Source of the DNA: Candidatus Poseidoniaceae archaeon
GTDB lineage: Archaea > Thermoplasmatota > Poseidoniia > Poseidoniales > Poseidoniaceae
Reading direction: 5' to 3'
DNA: 64,000 bases
Assembly (NCBI GenBank): GCA_028356125.1
Contig: JAOMTZ010000008.1
Coordinates: 587 to 64,586, forward strand
The notes beneath the pieces were generated by a model, which was not told the DNA's origin, did no database searches, and was given only the letters and a program-made list of their open reading frames with translations. This document shows, piece after piece, positions 7,795 through 16,739 of the stretch; position 1 is the first letter of the stretch, and every line of letters starts with the position of its first letter. The translations under genes were made by a program, and so were the position numbers.

Positions 7795-8954
7795 ACTAAA
7801 CTTGAATCACAGGCATAACGCCTTGAACAACTTTGACACTTTCCTTTACGGTTGTGATTCCTTTCTGCTCCGCCTTCAGTCATAAGTCTCTGAACTTCTT
7901 TCACAGCAGAGAATAAAGAATGCTTTGCGTCTTCATCCCATTCTATTGAATGTAGGTTTTCAGAACCGTATCTTAGAACGCCATATGGTGGCTTTCTATC
8001 GGTTGTAGATTCCACTAAATGTAGGTATGCTAATAGTTGCATTCTGTGGGATTTATGCGGTTTGTCAGGAACCTTTCCTGTCTTTTGTTCTACAGGAATA
8101 AATTCTCCTTCTACAATCACTATTTGATCTGGCCGGCCTCTCAACCCAGTATCTTCATCGATTAGTATTCCCGCAGTTGCGTCGTCATCAGAGTAAGCAA
8201 TGTCGATATCTTCCTCTAACCCTGCATCGATACGAGCAACTTCCAATGCACTATCTGCCAGCAGTGCTCGTTGTAGTTGCCATGATGCCAATAAAGTCCA
8301 AAACATTGCAACTGTAACCAGAATAAAACCTGCCTGCTGCTTGTCATCAGCCCACATCAAACCAATTGCATGTAGGCCGAAAATCGTGGCTCCCATTAGC
8401 AAACCAGCTTCAACTCTGCCTCCTTGCCCCCATCCACCAATAAACCCAAACGGTTCCAGTGCAGGAGTAATTGCAGTATCTTCTAGGATACTAATATCTT
8501 CAAGATTATTGGAATTATTAATCGAGGTTCCAGTCCATTTTCTCCAAGGTAGATATATCGCAAAAAGGCCGACAACGAGCCAAATAAACGCAAGAATTGT
8601 TAGATATCGTGCGATATCTACTGGCGTGCGACTATCAGTAATATTGGTGAATATTATTGCGTCCGATATGAATATAATTACGATAGTGAACCACCATGAC
8701 CAGATAATCAGAGCCTTCTTCAACTGATTTTGTTTTTCTTTGAAACTACGAACCTTTTCGTGAATTTCAGCGTGCTTTTCTCTGCCTGCTGAGATTGCTT
8801 CTCCACGGCCAGATTTCCCCTTTCTTGCTAAAGACCAAGATAGAGGGCAATATGCATGCCTTTCAAGATCGCTAGCAGAAACAGGAAGTGGTTTATCTTC
8901 AGAATCTCTCCAAAAACCATCATCGCTTTCTTCGGCGGCAACCAGTTTTTCCAT
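7791..8954 (-). CDS. Cas4/DUF83-family PD-(D/E)XK nuclease with an inserted four-helix transmembrane module
   Basis: Motifs: ERHAYCPLSW (N-terminal Cys), GRPDQIVIVEGEFIPVEQKTG (D..ExK), QLLAY (QxxxY), CQSCSRRYAC (Cx2Cx5C). Four hydrophobic helices lie between the N-terminal Cys and the core. ATG 8954 is preferred over TTG 9008. Confidence 0.8.
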   Translation of the reverse strand: MEKLVAAEESDDGFWRDSEDKPLPVSASDLERHAYCPLSWSLARKGKSGRGEAISAGREKHAEIHEKVRSFKEKQNQLKKALIIWSWWFTIVIIFISDAIIFTNITDSRTPVDIARYLTILAFIWLVVGLFAIYLPWRKWTGTSINNSNNLEDISILEDTAITPALEPFGFIGGWGQGGRVEAGLLMGATIFGLHAIGLMWADDKQQAGFILVTVAMFWTLLASWQLQRALLADSALEVARIDAGLEEDIDIAYSDDDATAGILIDEDTGLRGRPDQIVIVEGEFIPVEQKTGKVPDKPHKSHRMQLLAYLHLVESTTDRKPPYGVLRYGSENLHSIEWDEDAKHSLFSAVKEVQRLMTEGGAERNHNRKGKCQSCSRRYACDSSLV

Positions 8955-9127
8955 TGTCTCAATGCTCAAAATATCCCCCCCTCGTGCACCGAGTCGGGGG
9001 CTTTGCAATCAAGGTTATCCCTACGCGTATGATTTCTAACATCGTTATACTGCGCCTTTACCCTTCGATTTCCTTGGGGAAGTGGTTAATTAGGGGTGGA
9101 CAGTGGCCCGAATGCTGGAGTTATACT

Positions 9128-9727
9128 ATGACTGAACTTCTCATCGACCGTGAAACCTACGAGACACATGCTGTGAACATTGGTACCCAGCAAAAGAGCG
9201 CTGATATGGCACAGTTTATCCAAGAGGTACGTGCTGACGGTTTGTATATGTTGGATATCGATATTACAGACGGCAGAATCCGTGCTATTTCTCAATTCTT
9301 AAACCGCTACAACGCTGCTAACATCATGGTAGTTAGTGCTCGTCAATACGGACAGCGCCCAGCACGCAAGTTCGCAGAGGCAATTGGTGCTAACGCAAGT
9401 GTCGGCCGTTTCATTCCTGGAAGTTTGACCAACCCTGCTCTACGCTCATACGTCGAGCCGGACATGTTGTTCGTAACAGACCCTGCTGCTGACCAGCAAG
9501 CTCTACGTGAGGCTGTTAGTTCTGGACTACCAATCGTTGGAATCTGTGACGCTAACAACAACCTACGTAACGTCGACCTAGCACTACCTGCTAACAACAA
9601 GGGTCGCAAATCTCTTTCTCTACTTTACTGGGTTCTTGCTCGTGAAGTACTGAAGGCACGTGGCGAAACTACCGACGAGGCATGGGCTGAGACTCAAGAT
9701 CTTGAAGACTGGGAATCTACTTTCTGA
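9128..9727 (+). CDS. rps2: 30S ribosomal protein S2 (uS2), archaeal type
   Basis: Family-typical blocks: IMVVSARQYGQRPARKFAE, FIPGSLTNP, DMLFVTDPAADQQALREA, LPIVGICDANN. ATG 9128 is preceded by GGAG. The track's 8888 start is an unsupported upstream extension. Confidence 0.93.
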   Translation: MTELLIDRETYETHAVNIGTQQKSADMAQFIQEVRADGLYMLDIDITDGRIRAISQFLNRYNAANIMVVSARQYGQRPARKFAEAIGANASVGRFIPGSLTNPALRSYVEPDMLFVTDPAADQQALREAVSSGLPIVGICDANNNLRNVDLALPANNKGRKSLSLLYWVLAREVLKARGETTDEAWAETQDLEDWESTF

Positions 9728-9754
9728 GTACAAATTCCCCCATAGGGTGATGAG

Positions 9755-10780
9755 ATGAGCCAATTCATCTTGCCTAAACCTGGTGAATGGGAAGGCGAAG
9801 TTCGTCCGATATTCTTAGCGCCAATGTCTGGTGTTACTGATTTACCATACAGACTTCTTGCAAAAGAATGTGGTGCGGATTTCACAATTACCGAGTTTAC
9901 CAATTCAACAGCATTGACTCGTGATGCTGCAATGTCTTGGAGAAAGATGGAAACCTGTGAGGAGGAGAACCCTTTCATTCCCCAAATTTTTGGTGGAGTT
10001 TCAGAAGATATGGCGCTAGCAGCAGAATTACTTCAGGATAGTGCGGATATTATTGATCTCAATTTTGGATGTCCTGCGCCTAAGATTACGAAAATCTGCG
10101 CTGGTGCTGCTTTGATGGGAGAGCCACAGAATCTAGTATCAATGTGTGAACAGATAGTTGACAGAATTGACATACCCGTTACTGCAAAGATGCGCCTGGG
10201 TACAGGGCAAGGCAATTTCAACGCTAAAGAAATCTGCCAAGAATTAGAACAGGTCGGCGTGCAACGTCTTTGTGTTCATGGAAGAACCCTCAGGCAAAGG
10301 TACTCCGGCGTCGCAGATTGGGATTACATCACCGAAGTAGTAGAATCTGTAGAAGTTCCAGTTATTGCGAATGGGGATGTAGTAGATGCAGAATCAGCTA
10401 AAGCGTGCCTTAGTCAGACAAATGCTGCTGGATTGATGGTAGGCAGGGGTGCTATTGGGCGCCCTTCTGTATTCGGAGAAATCAAGGTGGGTCTTGGTTG
10501 GATGGAAGAAGAAGATCTTCCTTGGATAGCAGCCTATGACGGAGATTGGCATAGCCAGACAGATGTTGCTAAGCAATTTGCAACTCGCCGATGGTGTTGG
10601 AACCGTTACATCGAGTTAGCCCAACAAACAACAGGACTCGAATTAAAATCAATGAGAGGCCATGCTGTTTCCTTCACCAAAGGTCTGCCTAGTGCTAAAA
10701 AAATTCGTAGCATCATGCATGGAAAGCAAAGCAAAGAAGAGTTTGCAGCAGCCACAAGCGGATTCTTATCATCAAACTAG
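9755..10780 (+). CDS. dus: tRNA-dihydrouridine synthase (Dus family, FMN TIM barrel)
   Basis: Motifs: FLAPMSGVTDLPYRLL, IDLNFGCPAPKI (catalytic Cys), VTAKMRLG, HGRTLRQRYSG, VPVIANGDV. Confidence 0.9.
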   Translation: MSQFILPKPGEWEGEVRPIFLAPMSGVTDLPYRLLAKECGADFTITEFTNSTALTRDAAMSWRKMETCEEENPFIPQIFGGVSEDMALAAELLQDSADIIDLNFGCPAPKITKICAGAALMGEPQNLVSMCEQIVDRIDIPVTAKMRLGTGQGNFNAKEICQELEQVGVQRLCVHGRTLRQRYSGVADWDYITEVVESVEVPVIANGDVVDAESAKACLSQTNAAGLMVGRGAIGRPSVFGEIKVGLGWMEEEDLPWIAAYDGDWHSQTDVAKQFATRRWCWNRYIELAQQTTGLELKSMRGHAVSFTKGLPSAKKIRSIMHGKQSKEEFAAATSGFLSSN

Positions 10781-10781
10781 A

Positions 10782-13700
10782 TTATTCCCATTTCTTCCAA
10801 TCGGCCTTTCCACCTTTAGGCCTGTACCATTGAGTTTCACTATTCTTTGGCCATTTTATGTATTCATAACCGTCTTCTCCCACATTTCCCTTAGCGGCTT
10901 TCGGTGGTGCCTCATCAGGTGCCGTTGGAGTTGTTTTTTCCTCAATTTCAGGTAATTCTTTTTCCATTGATTCAGTTACCATTTGAGCAGCATTGGAAGT
11001 AAGTCCGCGACATTCATCTTGTTGTCTTTCTAGTATATTTCTCAATAATAATGCTTGAGGGATTTTCAGTTTATTCTTACTAATCAACTCGTTAATCTCC
11101 TCCTCATAATCCTCTAGAGTCAGAAGTTGTTCTGAATTCTCGATACCACTTTTGATTCTCTTGTATCGCCTTTTCTTTGCAAGCATTAGGTAAACCGTAA
11201 TCGGGGCAATCAGTAAAGGAAGCAAAAATTCACTGGATAATAAGTCCAAGAATGCTCCAAATGAGATCTCTATTCCATCTGGGTCGTATTGTGTGCTGAA
11301 ACCTTCGCCGGGAACATAGAAAGTACCTCCTCCATATTGCAGTAATGGGTCGCTATCAGCGTCTAGAGGGTCAGTACCTCTCTGTTCTTCGACATCGTCA
11401 GGGAACCCGTCATTATCATCATCTTCATCGAAGAAATCCGGAATTCCATCCTTGTCATTATCGTCTGGAGTCTCGGATGGATTGAATGGGTCGGTCATTG
11501 GGTCCATCTGATATTCCCATGTGTTGAAAATACCATCACCATCAGCGTCAGGGTCTAGAATATCTGGTATTCCATCTCCATCCATGTCTTTGCAACCTTT
11601 CATCGTGATAGTACTATTTCCATGCTGGCTAGGACAGTCATCGCTGTAATCAAGACCGGGTTGGTCAGTGAAATTGTCTCCATCTCCATCAGACCATGCA
11701 TTGGTGTCATTAGGCCATTTGTCAAGATTATCAGCCGAGCCATCTCCATCTGTATCAACACAACCAAGAGTTTCTTTCGTTCCTGCCTGGTCCTCGCACT
11801 GGTCAGCATTATCCCCTACGCCATCTCCATCGCTATCGAGCCATTCATTAGGGTCATTTGCATCCCAATCTATACTGTCGGCATATCCATCTCTGTCTTT
11901 ATCTGGACACCCTTTGTAGGGGCCATCATTTATGTCCCCACGATTATTTTTACATTCATCTGAGTTATCACCAAATCCATCTCCATCACTGTCTTTGCTT
12001 TCATTAGAATCATTAGGGAATTCATCAGCATTATCACCTATCAAGTCACCATCACTATCTCGCCATTCAGTCGGGTCATAACGGAAAGCATCTGAATTAT
12101 TTCCGGATTCGTTATCCCCATAACCATCGCCATCAATATCTAACCACTGAGTAACATCATTCGGGAACTTATCTTGAGTATTATCTCCGTATCCATCTCC
12201 GTCAAGATCTGCCCATTCAGAACGTAATTCTACAAACAAGTCTGGATTGTTTCCGGATTGGTTATCTCCATATCCATCTCCGTCAGAGTCTGACCATTGA
12301 GTCGAATCATCTGGGAAGGCATCATCAACATCTGCATAACCATCTCCATCGTAATCAGGGCAACCTACAAAGTTGCCAGTAGATATGTTGCCATATGTGA
12401 AGGTGCAAGCATCGGCATTGTTCCCTATGCCGTCTCCATCTGAATCTATTGTCTCTAACGGGTCATTGTCAAATTGGTCAGTGTTATCTCCTACACCATC
12501 ACCATCGCTATCAGCACTTTCATTTGCATTTAGGGGGAATGCATCTGAATTGTCACCAGTACCGTCACCGTCACTATCAAACCATTCTCCTGAATCATCA
12601 GGGAATTGGTCTGGATTGGTGCCAGTTGAGTTATCACCCCATCCGTCTCCATCTGAATCATTCCATTGTGACTTGTCGTTGTCGAATGCATCATCCCTAT
12701 CAGCCCAGCCATCTCCGTCACTATCGAGACAACCAAGAGCAGTACCCGAAGTTGCATTGCCCCATTCAAATATGCACCCGTCTCCTTCAAAGCCAGATGA
12801 ATTGTCGCCATATCCATCACCATCAGAATCTAAATATTGGGAATTTATATTTGGGAATTGGTCTGAGTTATCTCCTACTCCATCATTGTCTGAATCGTTC
12901 CACTCAGATTGGTCATTAGGGAATACATCGGTTCCATTAATCCAATATTGTAACCCATCAGCATTCGTCCAGGTTCTCATATCAGAATAGCCATCGCCAT
13001 CCCAATCATCAGTGTTGCTTGTTGCGGAATTAGGACTAGGGTCTCTGAGGTCACTAATTCCATCACCATCAGTATCAGCGCAACCAAGTCTGTCGAGCCA
13101 ACTGCTCCCATATTGCAAAGAACACGGGTCATCAATATCCGCGTATCCATCTCGATCAGAATCCGAACATCCGATGTATGATACATTTTGACCATCTGTA
13201 ATTCCATAGACTGAGTCTCCGTATTGGTTAGTACAATTATCAATAGTATCTGAGAATCCATCGAAATCAGTATCTAGGCATCCGAAAACAGCTCCGTTTC
13301 CATTGATTGCCCCTGCAGCATTTCGATTGGAGGCACCATACGTATTTGGGCACGAATCTGGCTGGAATCCAGTAGTATTGTCCCCATATCCATCCCAATC
13401 GCTGTCATTCCACTGGCTCATTTCACCAGGGAATCTGTCTCTTGCATCCGACCATCCATCAGTATCATAATCGGGGCAACCAAGTACTGGCCAAATCGAA
13501 TTTCCAGCTTGAGTTACACAACCATCAGGATTATTGCCTGTAGGAGCATCTCCAAACCCGTCATTGTCAAAGTCACTCCATTGACTTGAATCATTAGGGA
13601 ATTTGTCAGAATATTTACCCACACCATCGCCATCAATATCTTCAGTAATTCGAAGTAATGTTTGAATTCCATTACCTAGCAACACATGTATATCTCCCGA

Positions 13701-15260
13701 ACTTGAAATCTCAGTTGAATCAATCGAATAGCCTACAAAATTAGTCAATGCCACACTCCATCCCCATCCATAGCCTGTGGCTGATGCCGAAGCATTTGAG
13801 GTGTTGACTTGTGCAACGACTGGCGTGTTTGCTGAATTGATAATAAGTTCCTCAGAACCTAAGGTGATAATTCCTGTTGCTTTGAAAGCAGCAATAATTT
13901 GGGGCTCAGATTGATTCCCTGAAGACAAAACAATCGAATCTATTGTTCCAGTTCCAGAGTACCTTGTATAGCCATCTCGAGTGCATAATGATTCGTTCAT
14001 CCAAGATATGTGGTATACTGCGTTTGATGTAGTTGAACAATGTTCAGGTGCGTTGCCACCGCCACTTGTTGTTCCTTGGTAAGGCTGCTGAAAAGTCTGC
14101 TTTATTGAGAATGCAAATTGATCTGTATCCATCACATGGCCATCACCAATGCAGTCTCCGCAGCTCCCTGAACCGTAACCTCTTTGAACAAAGATTATCT
14201 TTTTCACAACTCCCGCTGAAGATAACTTAGCCATCAATATTCCAGGTGTACACATAGCGTTGGTTCCATATGTATCATCAAAAACTAAACCTCTCGCAGA
14301 ACCCTGTGAACCACACCAATTTGTAGAAGTGGTACCAGAGTTCTTAGTTTTCCCTTGTCCTATGATGTCGCCACTGCTATCATGCCATACATTTGATGAA
14401 AAAGCATCCAAGCTATGTGCGTGACCATTTATGTTACCCCAAGTGCCTGTACAATAATTTGTTGTGTAGCACCCTCCAGTTTTTTTGACCCATTGCCAAT
14501 CCCCAGTTGAATTTAATTTGCCAACAAACATGTTCACTCCAATAGCTCCATAGTTGTTATTAGTATTTGAGCTGTAAAATGAATCACATCTTTTGTATGA
14601 AATCAGGGCGCCAAATGAGATTCCCGCTCTTGTCGCATTGCAATCGCCTACGATTGCTATCGAATTATTAGACCCCCAATCTACATCAGAAATCTCGTTA
14701 CCGTGTTGGGTAGTCACATTGTTCGACCAAATTATACTGAAATTTTGGTCTAATTTCATCACTAGACCTTCTCTGTCATTAGTGGTGTAGTCGGTATTAC
14801 CCACGGTCAAATTAGCACCCATATATCCTCCAAGATATAGATTCCCATATGGGTCAATATCCATGCCTTTTATCCGGTCATCGCCAACTCCTCCAACGTG
14901 GAAGTAACTCGTAATTGTGCCGTTGAAATCGGTTTTTATAATCATAATATCTTCTGATGATGAATTGGACTGGATGATGTTTGTTGCGTTTAATTGTAAT
15001 GCACCATTAAAGTGTCCAAAAAATAAATATTCACTAGTGTTTGTAATTGAAAAATCGACCGCAGTGAAGTTACTTGGAAGTGTAAATGAGTCATCCACTA
15101 CATGTTTTGAAATTAAGGATTCTTTGGTGGGGTCAGCATTATTTTCAGATACCCGTAACTTGGAATCATCTTCATCATCGAGATACAAATCCGGACTGTA
15201 ATGTAAATTCATACTAACAAGGATTGCCAAAAGAATTGCATAATGGGTACGTCTGAACAT
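10782..15260 (-). CDS. Giant (1492 aa) surface adhesin-like protein with an N-terminal beta-rich region, about 29 TSP type-3-like Ca-binding repeats, a TM helix, and a ~150-aa cytoplasmic tail
   Basis: Uninterrupted 4.5-kb ORF. Signal-like YAILLAILVSMNL. Many DSDGDGYGDN-type repeats. TM helix LLPLLIAPITVYLMLAKKRRYKR. The tail ends in the Trp-rich motif QWYRPKGGKADWKKWE. Confidence 0.9.
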   Translation of the reverse strand: MFRRTHYAILLAILVSMNLHYSPDLYLDDEDDSKLRVSENNADPTKESLISKHVVDDSFTLPSNFTAVDFSITNTSEYLFFGHFNGALQLNATNIIQSNSSSEDIMIIKTDFNGTITSYFHVGGVGDDRIKGMDIDPYGNLYLGGYMGANLTVGNTDYTTNDREGLVMKLDQNFSIIWSNNVTTQHGNEISDVDWGSNNSIAIVGDCNATRAGISFGALISYKRCDSFYSSNTNNNYGAIGVNMFVGKLNSTGDWQWVKKTGGCYTTNYCTGTWGNINGHAHSLDAFSSNVWHDSSGDIIGQGKTKNSGTTSTNWCGSQGSARGLVFDDTYGTNAMCTPGILMAKLSSAGVVKKIIFVQRGYGSGSCGDCIGDGHVMDTDQFAFSIKQTFQQPYQGTTSGGGNAPEHCSTTSNAVYHISWMNESLCTRDGYTRYSGTGTIDSIVLSSGNQSEPQIIAAFKATGIITLGSEELIINSANTPVVAQVNTSNASASATGYGWGWSVALTNFVGYSIDSTEISSSGDIHVLLGNGIQTLLRITEDIDGDGVGKYSDKFPNDSSQWSDFDNDGFGDAPTGNNPDGCVTQAGNSIWPVLGCPDYDTDGWSDARDRFPGEMSQWNDSDWDGYGDNTTGFQPDSCPNTYGASNRNAAGAINGNGAVFGCLDTDFDGFSDTIDNCTNQYGDSVYGITDGQNVSYIGCSDSDRDGYADIDDPCSLQYGSSWLDRLGCADTDGDGISDLRDPSPNSATSNTDDWDGDGYSDMRTWTNADGLQYWINGTDVFPNDQSEWNDSDNDGVGDNSDQFPNINSQYLDSDGDGYGDNSSGFEGDGCIFEWGNATSGTALGCLDSDGDGWADRDDAFDNDKSQWNDSDGDGWGDNSTGTNPDQFPDDSGEWFDSDGDGTGDNSDAFPLNANESADSDGDGVGDNTDQFDNDPLETIDSDGDGIGNNADACTFTYGNISTGNFVGCPDYDGDGYADVDDAFPDDSTQWSDSDGDGYGDNQSGNNPDLFVELRSEWADLDGDGYGDNTQDKFPNDVTQWLDIDGDGYGDNESGNNSDAFRYDPTEWRDSDGDLIGDNADEFPNDSNESKDSDGDGFGDNSDECKNNRGDINDGPYKGCPDKDRDGYADSIDWDANDPNEWLDSDGDGVGDNADQCEDQAGTKETLGCVDTDGDGSADNLDKWPNDTNAWSDGDGDNFTDQPGLDYSDDCPSQHGNSTITMKGCKDMDGDGIPDILDPDADGDGIFNTWEYQMDPMTDPFNPSETPDDNDKDGIPDFFDEDDDNDGFPDDVEEQRGTDPLDADSDPLLQYGGGTFYVPGEGFSTQYDPDGIEISFGAFLDLLSSEFLLPLLIAPITVYLMLAKKRRYKRIKSGIENSEQLLTLEDYEEEINELISKNKLKIPQALLLRNILERQQDECRGLTSNAAQMVTESMEKELPEIEEKTTPTAPDEAPPKAAKGNVGEDGYEYIKWPKNSETQWYRPKGGKADWKKWE
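11340..13640 (-). repeat. In-frame array of about 29 degenerate thrombospondin type-3-like calcium-binding repeats (D-x-D-x-D-G-x-x-D)
   Basis: Manual count of DxDxDG motifs in the translated protein. The boundaries are approximate. The repeats are degenerate at the DNA level and coding, not a CRISPR array or mobile repeat. Confidence 0.8.
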
Positions 15261-15318
15261 ATTGTTTGGTTGAACACCAACCCCTTTACTTTTCTGATAT
15301 TGTATGATTTCAAATCAA

Positions 15319-15326
15319 TTTATATT
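15319..15326 (+). promoter_or_regulatory. TATA-like box (TTTATATT) about 22 nt upstream of the mscS ATG, consistent with a leaderless or very short-leader transcript
   Basis: Read directly in the 87-bp divergent intergenic region. This is an archaeal promoter expectation only, with no transcript data. Confidence 0.3.
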
Positions 15327-15347
15327 TGCAGTCCCCAACCCCGAATT

Positions 15348-16712
15348 ATGGATTTGATTTCCACCGCTCAAAATTATTGGGAAACTTTGGACTCATTGGA
15401 CTGGTGGGCAAAGTTAGCAGTGGGAATATTTGCTTCGATAATAGTTGCGGGATTAGTTCGTCTGATTGCGCACGGCCCGGTTCTGAAAATGGTCAAAAAG
15501 ACTTCAGGTAAGTACGACGATGTAATGTTTGAATTAGCAATTCCACTAATCAATTCAGGGATAATTCTTCTTGGAATTTGGCTTACTTTAATTTGGGCCT
15601 TGGAAGAATCATCGACGAATGAGATGATATTCTCAACACTGATTATAGTGATTCTACTATTTCTTGTCGGTCGTTTCCTTTCACAGACCGTTGACTTCTT
15701 CGTTCCAGTTGGGGTTGAAAACCTCAACAGAAGAGCCGATGTTGACCTGACTAGAATGGAATCCTTACTCTCCACAGTTCTCAAAGTGGCAATATGGGCT
15801 TCCGCCGTGATGGTAATTATGTCACAATTGAATATCGATGTAACAGGTTTCTTAGCATCTGCCACAATCATATCTCTAGTAGTGGGAATGGCATTGCAGG
15901 AGACCGCGTCAAACCTTGTTTCTGGTTTATTGATGGTAACAGATAAACCATTTGAACAGGGAGACAAAATCACGATTATGGGTGTTACTGGTACAGTAAT
16001 GGATATTGGAATAATGTCAACTAAGATACTCACAGTACAAGATCATCTAGTAATAATTCCAAATAATGTAATCTCTAGTAAAGAAGTAACTAATTTTGCA
16101 AAAGGAGGAACGCCAGGTTCTCCCAAAAGCGTTAACTTGCGATTAGACATCGAAGTCGGATACAACGAACAACCAGCACATGTAAAGCAAATGCTTCTTG
16201 ATATTACTCGTGAATGTGATTATGTAATGAGTGAACCACAACCTACTGCACTGTTCATGAATATGCTAGGGTCATCGCTTCAATTTAGGCTGAATTGTTG
16301 GGTTGAAGATTATGCAGATGAATGGGTTGCTCGTGATTGGTTACTCACCAACATTTTGCAAACATGTTCTGACCAAGGTATCGAGATACCATACCCGCAT
16401 ATGCAACTCAAGTATGACCCTGAATTACTTGTAGACCAAAGTCCGAAACAAAAAACCTCTGAAACTAACAAAAAGGCTGCTGAAAAGGAAAAGGCCCAAG
16501 CAGAAGCTAGAGTAAAAGACGAAGCAGAGTCAAAGGCTCGAATGAATGAACGTAAAGAGACTCGAAATCAAATCGAAGAATTACGTAATGAACTGAATTC
16601 CATAGAGCAAAAAGAAGAACTAACTGAAGTTGATGAGGAGCAAAAGGAGTCAATAATTTCCGAGATTAGTGAATTAGAACAACATCTCCTCCAAGGCGGC
16701 GGCAGTGATTGA
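15348..16712 (+). CDS. mscS: Mechanosensitive ion channel, MscS family, with a Lys/Glu-rich coiled-coil C-terminal extension
   Basis: MscS core LVSGLLMVTDKPFEQGDKITIMGVTGTVMDIGIMSTKILTVQDHLVIIPNNVISS, preceded by several TM helices. ATG 15348 is preferred because track start 15243 overlaps the divergent adhesin gene. Confidence 0.88.
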   Translation: MDLISTAQNYWETLDSLDWWAKLAVGIFASIIVAGLVRLIAHGPVLKMVKKTSGKYDDVMFELAIPLINSGIILLGIWLTLIWALEESSTNEMIFSTLIIVILLFLVGRFLSQTVDFFVPVGVENLNRRADVDLTRMESLLSTVLKVAIWASAVMVIMSQLNIDVTGFLASATIISLVVGMALQETASNLVSGLLMVTDKPFEQGDKITIMGVTGTVMDIGIMSTKILTVQDHLVIIPNNVISSKEVTNFAKGGTPGSPKSVNLRLDIEVGYNEQPAHVKQMLLDITRECDYVMSEPQPTALFMNMLGSSLQFRLNCWVEDYADEWVARDWLLTNILQTCSDQGIEIPYPHMQLKYDPELLVDQSPKQKTSETNKKAAEKEKAQAEARVKDEAESKARMNERKETRNQIEELRNELNSIEQKEELTEVDEEQKESIISEISELEQHLLQGGGSD

Positions 16713-16739
16713 TTTTTGCTAATTCGGGAACAAATTGAA

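Noticed and set aside
8200-8727. A 175-aa plus-strand ORF inside the Cas4-like gene
   Set aside because: It is antisense to a frame with multiple specific nuclease motifs, and its own product is low-complexity Ser/Ala/Ile-rich.
8888-9127. An 80-codon upstream extension of the ribosomal protein S2 ORF in the track
   Set aside because: The extension has no S2 homology and overlaps the 5' end of the divergent Cas4-like gene. S2 similarity begins right after ATG 9128, which has a GGAG upstream.
11600-13261. Several 69-205 aa ORFs on both strands inside the TSP3 repeat region (for example 12373-12990, 12449-12919, 11622-11963)
   Set aside because: These are off-frame or antisense readings of the DxDxDG repeat DNA. 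They give low-complexity PSPS/HH-rich strings and are fully nested in a 4.5-kb ORF with a clear domain structure.
15374-16033. A 219-aa minus-strand ORF inside mscS, plus similar antisense ORFs at 16568-16975, 17574-18110, 30581-31009 and 51550-52110
   Set aside because: Each is nested antisense to a gene with family motifs or clear membrane/secretion architecture. None has recognisable motifs.
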